Below, piece by piece: positions 10,121-19,600 of a DNA stretch of 64,000 bases. Source of the stretch: Chthoniobacteraceae bacterium (GTDB lineage Bacteria; Verrucomicrobiota; Verrucomicrobiia; Chthoniobacterales; Chthoniobacteraceae); NCBI GenBank assembly GCA_031409335.1, contig JANNWY010000141.1, positions 1 to 64,000 on the forward strand, given 5' to 3'. Numbering within the stretch: the stretch's first letter is position 1; every line of letters begins with the position of its first letter. A model generated the notes under the pieces. That model saw only the letters and a program-made list of their open reading frames with translations. It searched no databases and was not told the origin of the DNA. Made by a program: the position numbers and the translations under genes.

Positions 10121-10878
10121 TCCGACCCGAGACACCGCCGGTAAATACGGATGGTCCGCCGGTCTTGCAGACGGAAAAACTGGTGAAGATTTACGGCGGT
10201 CGCGCCGTGGTGAATGGCGTGGACATCAACTGCCGGCGCGGGGAAATCGTGGGGCTGCTCGGGCCGAATGGCGCGGGGAAGACGACGAGCTTTTACATGA
10301 TGGTCGGGCTGGTGCGTCCGAATAGCGGGAAGGTCAAGTTCAAGGGTGAGGACGTGACGGATTACCCGATGTATCGGCGCGCGCGAATGGGGATGGGTTA
10401 TCTGCCGCAGGAGGAGTCGATCTTTCGCAAACTGACGGTCGAGGAAAACATCATGGCGATCCTCGAAACGCAGCCGCTGAATCGGAAGGCGCGGCGCGCG
10501 CGGTGCGATGAATTGCTGACGCAATTCGGCATCGAGCATGTGTCGAAGCAACTCGCGCTCACGCTTTCCGGCGGTGAAAAAAGGCGACTGACGATCGCGC
10601 GTTCGCTGGTGACGAAGCCGAGCATGATCATGCTCGACGAACCCTTCAGTGGTGTGGACCCGATCGCGGTGAATGACGTGCAGCAGATCGTGCAAAACCT
10701 GCGCGATGCCGGGCTCGCGATCCTCATCACCGATCACAACGTCCGTGAAACACTCAGCATCGTGGATCGCGCATACCTGATTTTCGAAGGCAGCGTCGTC
10801 ACGCAGGGTCCGAAAGACTTTCTCATCAACGATCCGGTCGCCCGCCGAGTGTATCTCGGCGAGGGCTTCCAGATGTAA
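10117..10878 (+). CDS. lptB: LPS export ABC ATPase
   Basis: GPNGAGKTT, YLPQEESIFRKL, LSGGEKRR, LDEPFSGVDP, ITDHNVRETL, VYLGEGF. Confidence 0.96.
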   Translation: MIRPETPPVNTDGPPVLQTEKLVKIYGGRAVVNGVDINCRRGEIVGLLGPNGAGKTTSFYMMVGLVRPNSGKVKFKGEDVTDYPMYRRARMGMGYLPQEESIFRKLTVEENIMAILETQPLNRKARRARCDELLTQFGIEHVSKQLALTLSGGEKRRLTIARSLVTKPSMIMLDEPFSGVDPIAVNDVQQIVQNLRDAGLAILITDHNVRETLSIVDRAYLIFEGSVVTQGPKDFLINDPVARRVYLGEGFQM

Positions 10879-10908
10879 CCCAAACGAAACCGCAAACCGA
10901 CACGATCC

Positions 10909-11481
10909 ATGCAAACTGCCAATGTTAATGTCCCAGTCCAAGTCACAGGCCGCCATGTCAGCGTCACCGACGCGATCAAGGAATATTCGATCAGCAAGGT
11001 CGAGCATCTGCATCTCGACTACCCGCGAATCATCGAGGCGCATGTGATTCTCGACGTGGAAAAACACCGCCATTTTGCGGAGATCATTTTGCACTGCAAC
11101 AATCACATCACAATCGAAGCGAGCGAGGAGACGGACGACATGTATGCGTCGATCGACGGAGTGATCGCCAAGATCGCGCGGCAGATGCGGAAGTATAAGA
11201 CGAAGATTTTGCGCAACCACCGGCCGCGCGGTTTCGACGTGAAACACATCGAAGAGCAAGTGCTCAGCGTCGATGGATTCGATGAACATGAAGAGTCACA
11301 GCCGCAGGTCTTGCAGACGGAGCAATACGCGGTGAAGCCGATGTTCGTGGAGGAGGCGGTGCTGCAACTCGAGATGTCGAGCCGTCAGTTCGTGGTCTTC
11401 CTGAATCCGAAATCCGAGAAAGTGAACATCCTCTATCGGCGCAAGGAAGGCGGCTACGGACTGATGGAGCCGACTTACTGA
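10909..11481 (+). CDS. hpf: Ribosome hibernation promoting factor (long HPF)
   Basis: VTGRHVSVTDAIKEY, DMYASID, RQMRKYK, C-terminal KPMFVEEAVLQL...YRRKEGGYGL. Confidence 0.93.
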   Translation: MQTANVNVPVQVTGRHVSVTDAIKEYSISKVEHLHLDYPRIIEAHVILDVEKHRHFAEIILHCNNHITIEASEETDDMYASIDGVIAKIARQMRKYKTKILRNHRPRGFDVKHIEEQVLSVDGFDEHEESQPQVLQTEQYAVKPMFVEEAVLQLEMSSRQFVVFLNPKSEKVNILYRRKEGGYGLMEPTY

Positions 11482-11484
11482 AAG

Positions 11485-12795
11485 TCAGTCATCGGTTTTT
11501 TTTGCAGCGCGATAGGCGCGGGCGAGGAGCGTGATCGGATGCACGATTTCGAGGCCGGGATCGCGAGTTCTAGCGCCGGCTTCGAGTTGCACAGAGCAGC
11601 CGGGATTTGCCGACGCGACGATGGTTGCGCCCGACTTCGCGATGTTGTCCATCTTCCGCGCGAGCAACTTCCCGGACATCTCCGGCTGGGTGATATTGTA
11701 AATGCCCGCGCTCCCGCAGCACCACGTCGCCTCGGGCAGTTCGACCAATTGCAGTCCTGGAATCGCCCGCAACACCTCACGCGGCTGTGCGGTGATTTTC
11801 TGTCCGTGGCAAAGATGACACGCCTCATGATAAGTCACGCGCGCTTCCCCCAATCCGCATTCCGCATTCCGCAATCCGCATTGCACGAGCCATTCGTGGA
11901 TGTCCTTCACCTTCGCGCTCCACAGCTTCGCGCGCGTGGCGAAGCGCGGATCGTCCGCGAGCAGTTCGTCGTAGTGCTTCAAGTGCGAGCCGCAGCCGGC
12001 GGCGTTGGTGATGATGGCATCGAGCGAATCCAAATCGAACGCGTCGATATTCCGGCGCGCCATTTCACGCGACCATTCGAGTTCGCCATTGTGCGCGTGG
12101 AGCGAGCCGCAGCAGTGCTGCATCGCGGGCGTCACGACTTCGCAACCATTTGCCAGCAGCACATCGACCGTGTCGCGATTCACATGCGGATACACCAGAT
12201 CCTGCACGCAGCCCGTGAGCATCCCGACGCGGAAGCGCGGCGCGTCTGGCGATTCGATGTCGCCGATCAGTGTGTCGGAAAACTGCGGCTGCACGCGCGG
12301 CGTGAGCGGTTCCAATTCGCGGATGTCGCGAGGGAGAAGCGCGGTGAGTTTGAGCTTTCGCACGAGCCACTCGAGTCCGCTCGCCTGATACCAGCGCAAC
12401 ACCCGCCCGAGCGCGCGCAGCAGCAGCGGTCGCGTGAAAATCAAGCGCAGCGCGAATGCCCGCACGATGCTCCGCTGCGGCGCATCCAGCACGCCCGCGT
12501 GCTCGATGTCCGCGCGCGCGCATTCAAACATATGCGCATATGTCACGCCCGCCGGGCACGCCGTTTCACAAGCCAGACAGCCGAGACAAAAATACATCTC
12601 CTCGCCAAACGCCTTCGTAACCTCCAGCCGCCCATCCGCGATCCCGCGCATCAGCGCGATGCGTCCGCGCGGGCTGTTGCGCTCCAGCTTCGTCTCCACA
12701 TAAGTCGGGCAGGTCGGCAGACACATCCCGCAGTGCATGCATTGTTGCAGCACGGAGTAATCGAGATGCGCGAGATGGAGCGGAGCGGCGGACAT
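11485..12795 (-). CDS. glcF: Glycolate oxidase iron-sulfur subunit
   Basis: CMHCGMCLPTCP, SPRGRI, CLGCLACETACP, two CCG domains (CCGSL, CCGSAG), SANPGC. Confidence 0.9.
   Translation of the reverse strand: MSAAPLHLAHLDYSVLQQCMHCGMCLPTCPTYVETKLERNSPRGRIALMRGIADGRLEVTKAFGEEMYFCLGCLACETACPAGVTYAHMFECARADIEHAGVLDAPQRSIVRAFALRLIFTRPLLLRALGRVLRWYQASGLEWLVRKLKLTALLPRDIRELEPLTPRVQPQFSDTLIGDIESPDAPRFRVGMLTGCVQDLVYPHVNRDTVDVLLANGCEVVTPAMQHCCGSLHAHNGELEWSREMARRNIDAFDLDSLDAIITNAAGCGSHLKHYDELLADDPRFATRAKLWSAKVKDIHEWLVQCGLRNAECGLGEARVTYHEACHLCHGQKITAQPREVLRAIPGLQLVELPEATWCCGSAGIYNITQPEMSGKLLARKMDNIAKSGATIVASANPGCSVQLEAGARTRDPGLEIVHPITLLARAYRAAKKTDD
11852..11879 (+). repeat. Four tandem heptamers A(A/T)TCCGC inside glcF
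   Basis: AATCCGC ATTCCGC ATTCCGC AATCCGC read directly; encodes CGLRNAECGL on the minus strand. Confidence 0.75.
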
Positions 12796-12799
12796 TCAA

Positions 12800-13045
12800 T
12801 CAGATGACTTCCTCGCCGGTCGGAATCTGCCCGAGGCGGAGAAAAGTTTTCACCAATTCACCTTCCCCACAGGCGATCATGCCGGGAAATCGTTTGAACC
12901 AGAGACCGGTGGGAACCTCGGGCTCGGCTTCCATCCACCGCGCGAGCAATAGCACTTGATCCATCGGGATTTCGCGTTCGCGAGAGAGCGTCACCAAGTG
13001 ATTGATGACCGCGCTCGGGACGCGATCCCGGCGAATTCCAGGCAT
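12800..13045 (-). CDS. Small hypothetical protein (81 aa), downstream member of a TA-like pair
   Basis: MPGIRRDRVPSAVINHL...WFKRFPGMIACGEGELVKTFL; stop 4 nt before the glcF start. Confidence 0.65.
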   Translation of the reverse strand: MPGIRRDRVPSAVINHLVTLSREREIPMDQVLLLARWMEAEPEVPTGLWFKRFPGMIACGEGELVKTFLRLGQIPTGEEVI

Positions 13046-13268
13046 CGGCGCTGCCGCAAAATCCCGCGACGATCCGAGCTTGAAGTTGATCCGCTTTCGC
13101 AAGGTCTGTCTCGGCGACCAAACTTTCCATCGCCTCCCCGAGTTCCTCCGGCGTCCACATCCGTCCCTTGGCCCCGTCCATCCGCGCCACGATCAATTCC
13201 CGCAAAGTGCGCATTTCTTCCAAGGGCAACTTTTCAATCGCCGACTCAATTTCAGCAACGGTCGTCAT
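12858..13268 (-). CDS. Small hypothetical helical protein, upstream member of a TA-like pair (possibly extended by stop loss)
   Basis: MTTVAEIESAIEKLPLEEMRTL...; start overlaps the glcD stop (ATGA 13268-13265); in frame within ORF 12858..13793. Confidence 0.6.
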   Translation of the reverse strand: MTTVAEIESAIEKLPLEEMRTLRELIVARMDGAKGRMWTPEELGEAMESLVAETDLAKADQLQARIVAGFCGSADAWNSPGSRPERGHQSLGDALSRTRNPDGSSAIARAVDGSRARGSHRSLVQTISRHDRLWGR

Positions 13269-14683
13269 GGCGCACACGGTAGCACCGCCGGTCTCCCGCT
13301 CAACTCCCGAGACGGCAGATCGAAAATCTTGCCCGGATTCAGGATGCCGTGCGGGTCGAGCGCGCGCTTGAGCTGCTTCATCAGCGCGAGACTCGCGCCA
13401 CCGATCGCCGCGGGGAGAAAGGTTTTCTTGGCAAGGCCGACGCCGTGCTCGCCGGTGATGGTGCCGCCGAGGGCGAGGGCGTAGTCGAAGATTTCGTGCA
13501 TCGCTTTTTCCACGCGCGCCATCTCGTCCGCGTCGCGTTCGTCGGTGAGGAAAGTGGGATGCAGATTCCCGTCGCCCATGTGGCCGAAGGTGCCGATGCG
13601 TAAATTGTGGCGCGTGCCGACTTCCTGAATGAAGCGGATCATTTTCGTGAGTTCGCTGCGCGGGACGGTGGCGTCTTCGAGGATCGTCGTCGGCGCGACG
13701 CGGGCGAGGGCGGAGAAGGCGGAGCGTCTGGCGGTGGCGAGCTTCGCGGATTCTTCGGGAGTTGCTGCTCGCTTGACGGAGGCGGCTCCGCATTGCCGCG
13801 CGATTTGTTCCATTTGCTGCGCTTGCTCATCGACGACGGTGGGATGGCCGTCGGTTTCCATCAGGAGGATCGCTTCGGCATCGAGCGGCAGGCCGACGTG
13901 CGCGAAATCTTCGACGCAACGGATCGTGACTTTGTCGAGGAACTCCAGCGTGCAGGGGATGATCTTCGCCGCGATGATCGCCGAAACGGTGTCCGCGGCG
14001 GCGTCCATCCGGTCAAATGTTGCGAGCAGGGTCGCCTTCGCGGCGGGCTTCGGCACGAGCTTCAGCAGCACTTTGGTAATGATGCCAAGCGTGCCCTCGC
14101 TGCCGATGAAAATGTCCTTCATCGAATATCCCGCGACATCCTTCACGCACTTGTTGCCGAGCCAGACGATTTCACCGCTCGCGAGCACGACTTCCATTCC
14201 CATCACGTAGTCGCGCGTCACGCCGTACTTCAGTCCGCGCAGGCCCCCGGAATTTTCCGCAACGTTTCCGCCGATGGTGGAAATTTTCATTGAACCCGGA
14301 TCGGGCGGATAAAGCAGGCCCGCGCCATTCGCGGCATCCGCGATCTGCTGCGTGATCGCGCCGGCCTCCGCAAAGAGTGTGAGGTTTTTCTCGTCGAGTT
14401 CGAGGATGCGATCCATGCGCACGAGGCAGAGCACGATCCCGCCCGGCACGGGAATGCTGCCGCCGCTCAGGCCCGTGCCCGAGCCGCGCGACACGATCGG
14501 GATTTTCTTCGCCGCCGCGTAACGCACGATGGCCGCGACTTCCTCCACCGTCTCCGGCAGCACCACGCAAGTCGCGTCGGCGCGTAACGCGGCAGTGCCA
14601 TCGAAGCCGTAAACCGCGAGGTCTTCCGGCGAGGTCAGGATGCGTTCCGGCGGTAGAAATTGCGCGAGTTCGGCGGTGAACAT
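13265..14683 (-). CDS. glcD: FAD-linked oxidase, glycolate oxidase subunit GlcD
   Basis: RGSGTGLSGG, YPPDPGS, GGNVAENSGG, GSEGTLG, GHMGDGNLH, GEHGVG, LNPGKIF. Confidence 0.92.
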   Translation of the reverse strand: MFTAELAQFLPPERILTSPEDLAVYGFDGTAALRADATCVVLPETVEEVAAIVRYAAAKKIPIVSRGSGTGLSGGSIPVPGGIVLCLVRMDRILELDEKNLTLFAEAGAITQQIADAANGAGLLYPPDPGSMKISTIGGNVAENSGGLRGLKYGVTRDYVMGMEVVLASGEIVWLGNKCVKDVAGYSMKDIFIGSEGTLGIITKVLLKLVPKPAAKATLLATFDRMDAAADTVSAIIAAKIIPCTLEFLDKVTIRCVEDFAHVGLPLDAEAILLMETDGHPTVVDEQAQQMEQIARQCGAASVKRAATPEESAKLATARRSAFSALARVAPTTILEDATVPRSELTKMIRFIQEVGTRHNLRIGTFGHMGDGNLHPTFLTDERDADEMARVEKAMHEIFDYALALGGTITGEHGVGLAKKTFLPAAIGGASLALMKQLKRALDPHGILNPGKIFDLPSRELSGRPAVLPCAP

Positions 14684-14749
14684 TCCGACAACTTACAACG
14701 CTTCCGCACGCCGACCAGACGCTTGCTGCGCGGATTCCGCCGTTTGCGG

Positions 14750-15493
14750 TTACGAGCCGTCGAGCGCGACGAGCAGCTCGTGCATCTCGGCTTCGACCGC
14801 CGCGAGGTCTTCGTCGTGGAGTGTTGCCGCCACGAGATCGAGCAACACTTCACGATAGCGCGCGCGCAAACGAAACACCGCCACGCGCGCGGCATTCGCC
14901 GTCCAGCCAAGGCGCGACGCGGCTTCCGCGTAGGTCGCCGCGCCCGAGACCGTGAGGCTGAGAAAGGGGCGCAGCACTTCCACCTCCATCGCGTGACCGG
15001 CAGCAGCGCGCTCGGCTTCGAGCTGATCGAGCGCGCGTTCGAGCAGCATCACCGCCCAGCGCCGATGATAGAGCGTCTCTGGCGTCTCGTGCTCCGCTAG
15101 TTCGCACCCACGGGATTCTTCCTCTGCCGCCCGATCCAGGCTCACCGTCTGTGTGCCGCCGCCGCGCTTCAGCGCGTGGGCATGCTTCGCCATGTCGGCG
15201 ATGTGATGCTGGAACGCCGCGAGCAAAAACGTCCGCAGCTTTCCGCGCAACGGCGCCGCGGCGGCGAGCGTGTTTTTTTCGATGAGAAATGCGAAGAAAC
15301 TCTGCGTGAAATCTTCCGCATCCTGCGGCGAATGCCCGAGCCGCCGCGCGAACGCATACAGCGGCGGCCAATAATCGTGGCACATCTCCGAGAGCGCCGT
15401 CCGCGCCTGCGGATGTGAAGGCTCCGCCGCCCGCGCCACCACGCTCCAACGGGTGGTGCGAAAAGCCGCCGCGGATTTCGCCATGGTTGCCAT
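14750..15493 (-). CDS. ECF sigma-70 factor (kinase-associated PVC type)
   Basis: FRTTRWSVV, DYWPPLYAFARR, DAEDFTQSFF, region-4 HTH YAEAASRLG...RVAVFRLRARY. Start may be 15484. Confidence 0.88.
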   Translation of the reverse strand: MATMAKSAAAFRTTRWSVVARAAEPSHPQARTALSEMCHDYWPPLYAFARRLGHSPQDAEDFTQSFFAFLIEKNTLAAAAPLRGKLRTFLLAAFQHHIADMAKHAHALKRGGGTQTVSLDRAAEEESRGCELAEHETPETLYHRRWAVMLLERALDQLEAERAAAGHAMEVEVLRPFLSLTVSGAATYAEAASRLGWTANAARVAVFRLRARYREVLLDLVAATLHDEDLAAVEAEMHELLVALDGS

Positions 15494-15549
15494 TTTGGGA
15501 GTTTGTCCGATCGGGATCGCCAGGGCCAGCGTTAAAAATCAAGGCGCGC

Positions 15550-15583
15550 TGTAATGCCGCGGCGCGCTTTGTCGTAGAAACAG
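15550..15583 (+). promoter_or_regulatory. Putative ECF promoter copy 1 (-35 TGTAAT, -10 TCGTAG)
   Basis: TGTAATGCCGCGGCGCGCTTTGTCGTAGAAACAG; 27/34 identical to 23055-23088; 16-nt spacer. Confidence 0.65.
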
Positions 15584-15641
15584 ATGAAAGCCAAATCATC
15601 CTCAGCCCCAGGCGGCTGAACAACCCAAATGAACGACTGCC

Positions 15642-16451
15642 ATGAATACCAAATCACTCCGCCACATCACTGGCAGGACTCTCAGCCTCCTGGCCATCTC
15701 CTTCGCCCTCGCCGGAAGCCAGTCCGCGCTGGCGGGCGACAACGACGAACCTGGGCCGCTGTTCCGCCATACGCACCCGCATTTCTATATCCTGCCGCCG
15801 CAACCGCGTGCCTTTGGTCTCATCTACGCCAAATGGTCGGCCAGGTGGTGGCAGTGGGCATCGGGCATCCCGATCGCGCAAAACCCATTGTTCGACACGA
15901 CCGGGGAGTTTGGCGATCAGGAACAATCCGGCCCGGTTTGGTTCCTGGCGGGAGCGTTCGGCGGCACCGTCGAACGGACGGTGACGGTGCCGGCTGGAAA
16001 GGCGCTGTTCTTCCCGCTCTTCAACACCCTGTGGTGGGCACCCAACGATCTCCCTTTTGCCAGGGAAGTGGCAGAGACGTACCTAGGCAAAACTCCCGCT
16101 GAAATAGCACTCCTTTCGGACGTGGAGTTGATCGGCCTCCTGTCGAACTTCTTTATCGATCCCACTCCCACATTGAGCCTCACGATCGATGGAGTCGAGG
16201 TTCGGAACCTCCTGGCTTACAGGAGGACCTCACCTGGGTTTCGCATCGTCGATCGGGATCTGATTGATGATCTTGGCGCAGAACTTGATGTGAACAACAC
16301 GGCCGTGTCTGCGGGTTACTGGATCATGCTGGCGCCGCTTCGCCCGGGTGCCCACGAGATCCACTTCAGCGCCCAACAGCTCGGCCAACCCATCTCAGGT
16401 GATTTCTCGCTGGACGTTACCTATCACATCACCGTCGCGCCGCGGCGGTAA
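15642..16451 (+). CDS. Secreted hypothetical protein
   Basis: Signal peptide ending SALA; YAKWSARWWQWA, PVWFLAG, GYWIMLAPL, DVTYHITV. Confidence 0.8.
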   Translation: MNTKSLRHITGRTLSLLAISFALAGSQSALAGDNDEPGPLFRHTHPHFYILPPQPRAFGLIYAKWSARWWQWASGIPIAQNPLFDTTGEFGDQEQSGPVWFLAGAFGGTVERTVTVPAGKALFFPLFNTLWWAPNDLPFAREVAETYLGKTPAEIALLSDVELIGLLSNFFIDPTPTLSLTIDGVEVRNLLAYRRTSPGFRIVDRDLIDDLGAELDVNNTAVSAGYWIMLAPLRPGAHEIHFSAQQLGQPISGDFSLDVTYHITVAPRR

Positions 16452-16491
16452 GAGTCGGGGAAAGCGGGGCGCGCGCTACAGCACGGGGGCT

Positions 16492-16537
16492 GTAGCGCAA
16501 GCGTCCCCGCTTGCCGTATCGCGAGCTCAGGCTTGCC
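16492..16537 (+). repeat. GTAG-type REP element (copy 1), preceded by a truncated inverted partner
   Basis: GTAGCGCAAGCGTCCCCGCTTGCCGTATCGCGAGCTCAGGCTTGCC; similar copies at 28601-28646 and 28672-28717. Confidence 0.75.
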
Positions 16538-16636
16538 ACCAGCGACCGAACGCCGCTGCTCCGTGGGTTCGCTGAAAAAGACTCGGCACGATCCCCGCCG
16601 AGTGATGCAATGCGCGTGGCTCATCGAGGGGTGACT

Positions 16637-19600
16637 ATGCCAGCGCCTGACCTACCTTCTCCCATCGCCGCGGAAGAAATCTTTCGCGTCGCAACCGCGC
16701 TGCCCGCGGCGGAACGCGCGGCGTATCTGGACGCGGCGTGTGAGGGAAAGGCGGGGGTGCGCTCGCGGGTCGGGCGGATGCTCGAAGTGCGAGGCATCGG
16801 CGCATTGCTGAAACAGCCGCCGGACGAACCGGTCCCCCCGGAAATCGAAGCCGAGTTGGCGCGCTTGAAGCCGGAGGAAGGCGGCGAACGCATCGGTAAT
16901 TACAAGCTGCTCGAGCAGATCGGCGAAGGCGGCTTTGGCATTGTCTGGATGGCGGAACAGATCGAGCCGGTGCGGCGGCGCGTGGCGCTCAAGATCATCA
17001 AGCTCGGCATGGACACGAAGGAGGTGATCGCGCGCTTCGAGCAGGAGCGGCAGGCGCTCGCGATGATGGATCACCCGAACATCGCCAAGGTCTTCGACGC
17101 GGGCGCGACGCAGTACGGCCGGCCCTTCTTTGTCATGGAATTGGTGCGCGGCATTCGCATCACCGAGTATTGCGATCAGAACAACCTGCCGACCGCGGAA
17201 CGGCTCGCGCTTTTCATCCAGGTCTGCCGCGCCGTGCAGCACGCGCATCAAAAAGGGATCATCCACCGCGATCTCAAACCCTCGAACATTCTCGTCATGC
17301 TGCACGACGGCGTGCCTGTGCCAAAGGTCATCGACTTCGGCGTGGCCAAGGCAACGCAGCAGCAGCGGCTCACCGACCTGACGATCTACACGCAGTTCCA
17401 GCAAATGATCGGCACACCGCTCTACATGTCGCCCGAGCAGGCGGAGATGAGCGGCCTGGATATCGACACGCGCAGCGACATCTATTCGCTCGGCGTGCTG
17501 CTCTACGAATTGCTCACCGGACGCACACCGTTCGATCCCGAAGAGTTAATGCGCAAAGGCCACGATGAAATCCGTCGCGCGATCCGCGAACAGGAACCGC
17601 AGAGGCCCTCGACGGCTTTGAAATCGATGGCCGCCGAGGCGCAGACGGCAGTCGCGCAACATCGGCAGGCAGACGTTGCGAAGCTCATCAGCCAAATCCG
17701 AGGCGATCTCGACTGGATCGTGATGAAGGCGCTGGAGAAAGCCCGCAACCGCCGCTACGAAACCGCGAACGGCCTCGCGCTGGACATCGAGCGCCACCTC
17801 GCCAGCGAGCCAGTGCGCGCGCGTCCGCCAAGCGGTTTCTATCGCTTCCGCAAACTCGTGCGCCGTAATCAGGCGGTCTTCGCGGCGGGTGCCGCCGTCG
17901 CAGTCGCGCTGCTCGCGGGCGTGGCTGGCATCGCCTTTCAATGGCAACGCGCCGAGGCGGCCGGGCGCGTCACCCGCGAACGCCTCGCCCACGAGCATGT
18001 CCGCGCGGGACTTCGCATGGCGGAAGATGGCGACGCCCTGCGCGGGCTGCCGCATTACGTCGAGGCGCTGCGGCTCGGGCTCGGCGATGCGGCGCGCGAG
18101 CGCGTCACGCGGCTGCGTTTTGAAGTGACGATGCGGCAGGCGCCGCAGCTCGCGCAGCTCTGGCTGCGGGAGCAGGATGTCGAAGCGCAGTTCGCGGAGG
18201 ATGCCGGGCGCGTCGTCATCATCGACGGCATGGAGGCGCGGATTTGGGATGCGGCCTCGGGTGCGGCGGTTTCCGCGCCCATGCGTCACTCGGGAGAGCT
18301 GCGCCGTGGGTGGACGGACTCGCAGGCGTCTCGCGTGGTGACGGAAAAGCTCAGCGATCAAATCACCATTTGGGATCCTGCCACGACGCGGGTGCTGGCG
18401 GAGATGAGTGGCAGGGCGCATCTGCGCGCGGTGCTGGGCGGCCCGCGGCTGCGGCTCGCCGTGTGGCTGGCCAAGGGTCGCACCGTGCACTGCGTCTCTG
18501 CGTTGGACGGCGTGGTGGACGCCACTTTCGAGCACCCGGATGTCGTCGAGTGGGCGGTCGCCGCGCCTGATGGGACGCGCGTTCTTTCTGCGACGAGCGA
18601 CAGCCTGTATCTGTGGGACGTCGCGGCGCGCGACCTTATAGTACCGCCGGTGGTTTTCGGCGGAAGGCCGGAGTACTGGACGTTTGATCCGACCGGACGT
18701 CTAGCGGGCCTGCGCGTTAAGAACGAGGACGGCCTCGCGGTGTTTGACGTGACCACTGGCACGTTTGCGGCGCGCGGCGCCGCCAGAAGCATGGGCGCCA
18801 CCAGCCACGGCTGGCTCGACGGAAAGCGATGGGTGGTGCTTGCCCGCAATTTTTCCGGCTCGGCGTTGCGCGACCCGGTCACCGATCGGTTGCTCTTTGA
18901 CGCGCCCAACGGGACGGGCACGACGGCCAGCTCCTTTGCCACGCGGCGCAATGTCTTCGCGCTGGCCGGTGAAAATGGCACCGCACAACTCTGGGATGCC
19001 GACACCGCGCAGGCCATCCCGCCGCGGCTCTGGGCGTCGGGCCGGGCTCACGCCATCCAGCTCGGGGCCGACGCCACGAAGCTCCTCGTCGTCACCAGCG
19101 AACCCGCGGTGCGTCTGTGGAAGATGCCCGCGCATGGAGGCGCGGTCTGGACCGCCGTCGAAACGGCGGCGGCGGTCGCGACGTGGTGGAATGCGAAGAA
19201 CGGGCAGCTTTGCACCGTCGGCACCGATGGCCGCCTCACCTGTCGCGACGCGACGACGGGCCACCAGGCAGCCGAGCCGTTGCCGCTCGACGAACCCCCG
19301 ATGGCCGTCGTCCCGGATCGGGCCGGGAGGCTTTTCTTCGCGGCAGATGCCCGCGGTGCGCGACTCTGGGACGCGGAGACGAGGCACGCCGCCGGACCGC
19401 GCATTCCCTGCGCCGAGGTCATCCGCAGCGTGACGCTCGACGCCGCAGGACGACTCGCGGCGATTCTCGCGGGCGAAAAGGTGCTCCTTTGCGACCCAGC
19501 CACCGGAGCGGTGCGGCACACGCTGGCGCAGCCCGCCGTGCTGCGCTGTCTGCTCAGCCCGGACGGCTCCCGACTCGCCACGCTCACGCTGACGATCGTG

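Noticed and set aside
10878..10909. Missing rpoN between lptB and hpf
   Set aside because: No remnant in the 30-nt gap; likely ordinary lineage gene order.
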